Shown one piece after another: positions 56,744 through 64,000 of a stretch of 64,000 nt of DNA. The DNA lies in assembly GCA_020137815.1 (NCBI GenBank), contig CM035359.1, positions 930,001-994,000 on the forward strand, read 5' to 3'. Position 1 is the stretch's first letter. Every line of letters begins with the position of its first letter. The DNA comes from Hormiphora californensis (lineage: Eukaryota; Animalia; Ctenophora). The translations under genes were made by a program, and so were the position numbers. The notes below the pieces were generated by a model that saw nothing but the letters and a program-made list of their open reading frames with translations, made no database searches and had not been told where the DNA came from.

Positions 56744-59700
56744 ATCTCTCTCTCTCTCTCTCTCGTTCTAACCCAACATTCTCCCCAGTCCCTAGCTACA
56801 GTATATCCTGGCCAATTCAAGACCCAGGAAGTGTTTGAGCAGCTGCTGATTAACCTGAAAAACAGGAACAACGAGGTAGTCTTGATGGACCTTAAGATCC
56901 TCTCCAAGACAGCTCATGGTCTGGACAAGAGGTTCCCGACGGTGGCAAGTTGTCTTCAGCCACAGCTAATCAAGATTGCGAAGGAGGGTAACGGTGCCCC
57001 AGGCTAAACAGGCTGTCCAAGTTATCCACGTTGTATATCAGGACAGTCCTAAAGTGCTGGAGAGACTGCTTGATGTAAGTAGTTGTCTAAAACAGCCCTA
57101 AAAACGGTTATAATCAGCTGAATAACTGATCGCTTTTGACGTCGAACATCACTCTCTTTTTCTGTCCCTTCTGCATTATGACACCCCTCCCTTTCAGTCC
57201 ATGTCACCACTACTCGATATCGACAACATCAACCTACCATCCGTTGTCAAGGCGATCGGGCAGGTTGCCAAGGTGGCCCCCAAAACCTTCTCTGAGTTCT
57301 CCTGTACCGTCGTCCGGGACTTCCTTCTCTCCAAGATCATCACTGAGGACGGGGAAAACATTTCGGATGAGCTGGAGCCGACGGATGATTTCTGGTGCGA
57401 GTCCACGGAGCTGAACAACTTTACCCGAGTAAAGATTGAAGGATTACACCTCATGGTCAACTGGGTGGCGAGGTCTACCGGGGAGAAAGAGGTCATCTCA
57501 AGCCCCGTTCTGCAGCTTCTGTGGTCTCTTCTACAGCAGAAGGGAGATATGAACGGAAATAAACAGATCAGGTTAGTGACACATATATATTATCAATATT
57601 TTTAGTAGCACCATATTCTAACAAACCCTCCCCTCCCTCCTTTGCTCCTTCACTAATACCCTCCCCTCCTCCTTCACTAATACCCTCCCCCCTTCCTCCT
57701 TTACTAATACCCTTCCCTCCCCCCTTCCTCCTTTACTAATACCCTTCCCTCCCCTCCCCTCCCCTCCTTCACTAATACCCTCCCCTCCCCTCCTTCACTA
57801 ATACCCTTCCCTCCCTCCCTCCTTCACTAACACCCTCCTCCCCTCCCAGACTTTGCTCCTTGACCAATACCCTCCCCTTCCCTCCCCTCCCTCCTTCACT
57901 AATACCCTTCCCCCTCCCAGACTTTGTTCCATGTCCCACCTGCGGCTCCATGGTGGTCTCTGTGTCCTCAAACTGGCAGCCGAACCGACTTGTTGTGACC
58001 TCATCCCTGTTGAGCTGTTCCAAGAGGTAGCATGGCTAATCCAGGACCCATGTGTGGAGGTTAAACAGGCCATGCTTACCAAACTACACGTAAGTTGAAC
58101 TCAGGAACCGACCGAAACAAGTAAACAACCAATCAGAACTCGTTATTTACTATTCGTCCAACTGTTAGCCCACTGTAAGCTATCATAAACGGGGAGCGTG
58201 GAGCTTACAATTTCCCTAACCACCCCCTGATTCAACTCTAAATCTACCACCCCCGGCCCCCACTCATTCAACTCTAACTCTAACCACTCCCACCCCCTCC
58301 ACTCATTCAACTCTAACCATCCTCCCTCCCCTTCAACAGAAAGGAATGTCTTCCCTAAAACTACCTCTGGAGTATGTGGCCCTCTTGGCGTTCTATGCGA
58401 CGGATATGGGAAAAGAAAGGAGAAGCAAAGCACGACAGATCCTATTGAAAGTCATCCAACTGAGACGAGATTACATGGTCATGAATAGCTGTAAGTAGCC
58501 TTGCTCGATCCTGTTTGAACAAAAAAAGCTAAAACAAAAAATGGTTTGTGAAACATTCTGTGATATATACGAGTGATATATCTAACCCTATATATATCCT
58601 TTCAGCCAACTCGGAGAGGAACCACACGGTACTCCCTGAGTACGCTCTTCCAACTCTTATCCACCTTTTGGCGCACCATCCCAACATGGACAAGGACAAT
58701 AGTGATTCCCTGAAATCTGCACTCGGTAGGTGTTTACTTAGGATGTATATCACCAACTGACTATTGAGTTTTCCGAAGATTCCCTTCCCTAACCCCTAAC
58801 CACTCCACTCCCTAACCACTCCACTCCCTAACCACTTCATTCCCTAACCCCTCCACTCCCAGATGTCCCTAACCCCTAACCACTCCCAGATGTCCTGTGG
58901 TTCTTCCTGGAACCCCTCATGCAGAAGAATGATAATTTCCCCTTCCTGAAGAAACTAGTTGAAACTGTCAAGCAAGCTGTTGATGCTTTGGAACCAGAGA
59001 ACACCGAGATTAACGATAAGTTGTACGTTTGTATTATATCAACAATCTTAGACAAATTTATTACGTAAATAATGAGTCTGAATAATGAGTTCAGAGCAAG
59101 AATTAAATAGGGAAGAAAATCGAAAAATACTGGGTTTGACCGGGAATTGAACCAGTAAATAATCATGTAGCAACTATACTAACCTCCCTCTCTCCCTCTC
59201 AGGTACGCTGTATGTGACCTAGCCTTTGGAGTAATCAACCTAAAATGTGCGAATGTGAAGCTCCCTCCCTTCCCCGGACACGTGAAGCTCTCCAAGAAGT
59301 ACTTTGCACCACCTGAGAGCGCTGTCTCCAACACCGAGTCTTACCTCCCAGAGAACTTTGATTTTAGCCCCAACAGGACCGCCATGGCGGTTGAGATGGA
59401 GATTGATCATCCTACAGTCACTGCACTTGTAGCTAAGAAGGTAGGAGATGGAGAGAGGGGGATGGGGAGGGTATGCAAAGAAAGTCAAGAAGGGGGACGG
59501 GACCCTCTTATTTCGTTCATTTACTGCCCATTTTGTATACCCTCCTCCTGCTGTTTTTCCGTAATTTCTCTAACACAACACTCCTTTCCAGGCGGCCAAG
59601 GACAGTGACTACTTCTCCGAAGATTTCACCGCCAAACGGGTCACCGTTACGAAGACTCGGCCCTCCGGGGAGAGAGGACGAGGCAGGCCAAAGAAGGGTG

Positions 59701-62355
59701 CGGTCAGAGAACGCCTCGAACGGGATGACGGCAGTGCCCTGGACGCCCTGGCAGAGGGGACGACAAGGAAGACACGGAGATCCAAGAGTGAGGGTGAGAA
59801 GGATCTTGACATGGAGGATGATGATCTTGACATGGATGCTACCATTGAGGAAGATGATGATGATGATAACCTTCCAGAACTAACCCAGGAGACAGAGACA
59901 AAGAAGGGTGATGAGGGTGGGGAGGAGAAGGGTAATGATGGAGATGGCCCAGCTAAGCGGACATTCAAAGGCAGGAAGGCTGTCCAGAGCAGTATCGCGG
60001 ATATTCCCATTAAGGAGAAGGCTACTGATGATGATGATGGGGATGAGACGGAGGAGGAGGAGATCGAGATGGGACTGGACGATATCAGTTCAGGAAGTGG
60101 TGAGGACGCTCCACCCGCTACCGCTGCAGTTAAAGCGGCACGAAAACCCCGGAAACCAAGGGCGCTGAAGGAAATTAAGCCGAAGGAGATAAAGGAGAAG
60201 AAGAAGAGGGGACCGAAACCAGGTTCTAGAAACAAGGTCCGAGGATCATCAGGAGGGAAATGGGTAAACAAGTTGGTATCAGGGTCTGTTATATCCGGCA
60301 GGGGTGTTCCGCCACCATCCTTTAACAACACTACTGATCCCAGTCCGGTGAAGAGGAGGCCAATCAGACCTAAACCAGAAAATGAAGCTGGGTCCAGTGC
60401 GGGTGAATCTCCAGCTAAGCGGCCATTCAAAGGAAGGAAGATCGTTCAGACAAGTATCGCTGATATTCCCAGTCCCATCAAGAAGGGAACCCCCGTCCTT
60501 ACTGTTGGTAAGAAGGTCTCCTCCAAGTATGCGGGATTATTCGAGGAGCCCGTGTTGCCTAAACCCAAAGTGCAACGTGATCAATCTCAACCCAAGAAGG
60601 TCATAAAGATCAAGATTAACAACGCGATCCAAGACAAGGAAGCGCTGAAAAAGAGCTTTGCTGCAATGTGTGAACAGTTAATGGAGAGCCTGGGTGGAAT
60701 GGATGACGATCAACCCGGACAGAGAGAGGACGAGGAAGCATCCTCATCAGTCGTCACCTCGACACCCGCACCACCTAAGAAAGGTGACATCAGGAGTTTT
60801 TATACCAACAATAGTACCCCTGTTGCAGCTGCTGCTGAGGAGACTGGTACTGCTGTTCAGTCCAGTATTGCAGACATTCCTATCGAGGGAGCCGCAGTAA
60901 AGGAGGGAGGAGAGGGTTCTGCAGCATCACCCGCCAAGACACCCAAGAAAACACCTCAGAAGAAAGCATTGAATAAGACTCAAGATATCGAGTTTGAGAT
61001 TGAGATCGGGGACGGAGGTGAAGAGGAAGAAGCACCCGAGAAACCGGTGGACAGAACGGAAACAGAAGTCACGTACGATGAATCAGGTGAGATAGTTGTT
61101 ATGACAAAGGAAGATTTCGAACGGAAACTCAACGAGGTTAGGTTGAGTGCTATGGAACAATCAGGAGCTGAGTATGATCCGGGTGAGAGCAAGGAAGAGG
61201 GTGTTTCATACCGGCCTCAACGGTCCAGTGGACGTTACGTCAGTGAGAGGGAGTACTTTGATCCCAAGAGTGCCCGGAATGGTAGGCCCAGAGTATTGAA
61301 GGATGGCAGGAAGGTGTTGAGGGATGGGAGCTCACCTGCAGGAGGTCGAGTTGATGGGTTGAAGTACCCCCCTGGAGTGGTGCCCAGACGGGGCAGGACT
61401 GCCAGACACATGCTACACAAGATGCAGCTACAGAAGAAACACGAGGTGAGTTCAATAAGAGGTATCCATTCAAACTAAGACCAACAATTATCCAAATGAT
61501 TCACTGACCCACATTTTCTAATCACCCTCTAACCGATCCACAGTGTCACTAATCACCCTCTAACTGACCCACATTTTCTAATCACTCTCCCAGTGTCACT
61601 AATCACACTCTCCCCTACCACAGTGTCACTAATCACTCTCCCCTACCACAGGAGGCGTCCTACATCGAAGATGCAGGGCAAGAGGGTACCAGTAGGAATT
61701 ATAGCGAGGATGAATATGAAGTTAGTTACGACGAGGCAACCGGGAAAATCTTTGAAACACCAGTCCGAAAAGGTGTGTATTTGTGAGTTTTCAAACTTAT
61801 ATGTAAAGACTTGAGCGGTTACTTGTACAGTATGTGTCGTACTATCAGGACTTGTCAGGTCTCTACTACTATGACGTCATAACTATATCTCGTGACGTCA
61901 CTGTTTCCTTTCCCAGATTCGAAGCAGCCCTCTAACAAGAAGTTTACCCCCCGAAATCCGAGCAAACCAAAACCGAGGAAGTTTGTCGAGGCCAAAATTA
62001 TCTCAGAATACAAGGAACCTTCCAGCGGGTACTTTTATATCTGATTCCCATTTCTCTAATAATTTGACACAACTTTTCTCTGTCTCCTACCATCTTATTA
62101 CCCTCCACCCAAACACCCCCTTTTTCATTTTTGCTGACCTACCCTCCACACAGGGTTGGGCCGTCTTATGATATGGGAGAGGGAGACGAGGAGGAAGTCT
62201 CGCGATTAAAGGACACTATGAGAAAGAGGAGACGCGTTTCAACACCGGGACGTGGCGTGGCCCCCGACCGAAGTCTAGCGGGCACGAAACCCCCTCCTAA
62301 ACGGAGGTATCAGGATGGGTCAGATCAGGAGATTGAATTCGATCAAGTTATTTAA
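51472..62355 (+). CDS. PDS5: Sister chromatid cohesion protein PDS5, ~24 exons, long low-complexity C-terminal tail
   Basis: [106 protein letters not shown]; HEAT-repeat body then a 1.86 kb exon ~59592-61446. One apparent +1 indel at ~56998. Confidence 0.95.
55016..55241. mobile_element. Palindromic MITE (TAAAGTCGGATTTTTTGAAACTGTCACCCCCCTG TIR) in a PDS5 intron
   Basis: Outer ~33 bp TIR and inner TCCGGTTCCTGA..GAGACTTGAAATTTGGAGGTT inverted pair; the inner motif recurs at ~14495-14610 and ~25678. Confidence 0.8.
56330..56530 (+). repeat. ~61 bp tandem repeat made of a PDS5 3' splice site plus exon start
   Basis: AG|GTTGAGCT..AGTAC at ~56335, 56383, 56444 and the real site at 56505. Confidence 0.9.
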
Positions 62356-63260
62356 AACTGAACACGGTGAAACGGTTTTTTAACCTTTGTTTTTGAGTAT
62401 TTATATTGTCATAGTACTGGGTGAGAAGTGATATATATTGTGTCGGAAATGTATTTGTATGATCGATTCATGCCGTGGACATCAAGAGAGAGAGAGAGAG
62501 AGTAAGATGCGTGATCAGAGACAATTAATATTATGTAAAACCGATTCTGCCGCTGAGAATTGATTTCCGAAACAATTGACCCCTAAAGTTATGAGAGGTG
62601 AGACGTCTTGCACGTCTCATACAGTTTATGTTTCATAGATCATTAACTGTTAAATTGATAATGAAATTTATTTAGTTCAACTGCTATTGATTACAAACAA
62701 AATACCTGTGCTTTTTATTTTGAACACCTAAAAAACTAGATAGCTTGAGGAAGCTGAGAGATAGATCTAACACTTAAATGGGTTTTTTGTTGGTACGCGC
62801 AGGTTTTTCAAGAATAAACTGCAAAACTGAGCCGCGCGCGCGTTATAAAATCAAAGTTTGAAAAATATCCGTCGGGATCAAGTTCTCGCGAGATTTTTTG
62901 TCGGAAATTTGAAAACTCGAAGATTCAAACTTTTCTGAGGCGTTTCCGCGACAGTGGATGCCGTGATATGTGTGAAATCTTTAATTGCGACAACGTTACG
63001 AACAGACCTTTACAACTATCACTATCTCTCTGCAGAGAGACAGAAATATCTGCGATGTAGGTCACGCACTATCTGTACTAATTAAAATCCCAACATGAAC
63101 CTCAATTGTTTCAGTCGTTTATGACCCTACAAACAGTGGACGCGGGGAAACTGTTTATCACTCCTTCTACGACCATCAACGGAAACCCCGAGGTATAGTG
63201 ACTGTAAGTACACACAATCACCACAATCCTCACCCCACCCGTGAACTCTATCCACTCACC

Positions 63261-64000
63261 ATGGTGTCTACATTAAGAAGTGGGAATGCGTTTTCGCCAT
63301 ACGAACTTCAAACACCACCAAGAGTGTCCCATGGACCCATCCCTATTCAAACACCTAGCCACTTCACCTCGGCCAATCAATGTCTGTGTAATGGAAAGTT
63401 GACAAACAGGACCATGCTGAAGTGCAGTACGTGTAAATCGTGTTTTCATGATGAATGCGTAGGTTTGAAGTCATTAGGTGATCTTCTTACGCCATCAGAC
63501 GATGGTTTGTTCTCTCTTGAGGGCTGGGTTTGCCCAGAATGTATCGTTACGGCCAGGCTACTCCAACCTGGGAGTCCCATCTTTGACGCTATAGCTACTA
63601 AAGCAGCCAGGCTAATAGCAAACACTAGCGGTAAATCATCCGATCCACCCCAAGCTGATTGCACTTTCAACACATCCATGATCAATTCTGCACCACCTAC
63701 TGATGACACTAGTCAGTCTTCATCTCCTTCTACATCCACCACCTCGATCACCGACTCATTTGCATCACAAACGTCTAAAAACATCCCTAAAAATGCTCCT
63801 AACCATGCAGGTACGAGCAACCCGAGAATCATCCCTTCGGCCAGAACACAGCTACCTCCGCAACCACGCCTCACTGTGCACTGTGATGACGTTCCTGAAA
63901 CTAGAAAAAGCATTGATATGGCCCTAACAGACATCCCCATCGCAAATGTGAGAAACTTCTCATCTTCTATCAAACTCTGGTTCCCAAATGAAAAGTCCCA
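63261..64000 (+). CDS. Intronless PHD-finger ORF truncated by the window end; probable ORF1 of a CR1/L2-group LINE
   Basis: MVSTLRSG...QCLCNGKLTNRTMLKCSTCKSCFHDECVG...WVCPEC (C4HC3), then an S/T-rich linker; open for ~246 codons to the end of the window; absent from the ORF track because it has no stop. Confidence 0.75.
   Translation, partial: MVSTLRSGNAFSPYELQTPPRVSHGPIPIQTPSHFTSANQCLCNGKLTNRTMLKCSTCKSCFHDECVGLKSLGDLLTPSDDGLFSLEGWVCPECIVTARLLQPGSPIFDAIATKAARLIANTSGKSSDPPQADCTFNTSMINSAPPTDDTSQSSSPSTSTTSITDSFASQTSKNIPKNAPNHAGTSNPRIIPSARTQLPPQPRLTVHCDDVPETRKSIDMALTDIPIANVRNFSSSIKLWFPNEKS

Noticed and set aside
58785-58880. CCCTAA telomere-like hexamers
   Set aside because: Only scattered units within a degenerate C-rich intronic repeat, not a tandem telomeric array.
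59609-60430. 273 aa minus-strand ORF
   Set aside because: Antisense to the large PDS5 exon.

Overview
Eukaryotic (animal) genomic DNA with compact, intron-rich genes, many (GA)n/(CT)n microsatellites, minisatellites and small non-autonomous DNA transposons, plus one scaffold gap (7286-7385). The divergent orthologues and architecture would fit an early-branching marine invertebrate such as a ctenophore, but this is an unverified impression. Genes reconstructed by hand from GT-AG exons: an SLC36/Aa_trans amino-acid transporter present as duplicated and inverted pieces in an error-rich 1-12.5 kb block (probably misassembled); a frameshift-ridden unknown gene (~3.9-6.4 kb, weakly TAF1A-like); LSm5 (-), whose first intron holds a 1.56 kb foldback element; liprin-alpha (-, ~19.0-50.7 kb); a cytochrome b561 gene nested antisense in a liprin intron; PDS5 (+, 51.5-62.4 kb) head-to-head with liprin; and an intronless PHD-finger ORF running off the right edge (LINE ORF1-like). 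Most interesting: (1) a liprin intron that is itself a ~650-codon in-frame read-through encoding an E/K-repeat tail, predicting a SAM-less isoform; (2) repeated duplication of real splice junctions into decoy copies, and small elements sitting directly beside 5' splice sites; (3) short introns each carrying homotypic clusters of one canonical palindromic transcription-factor motif (X-box, CArG, CRE, E-box/CCAAT, TAATTA). Exon coordinates are hand-counted and may be off by a few bases.
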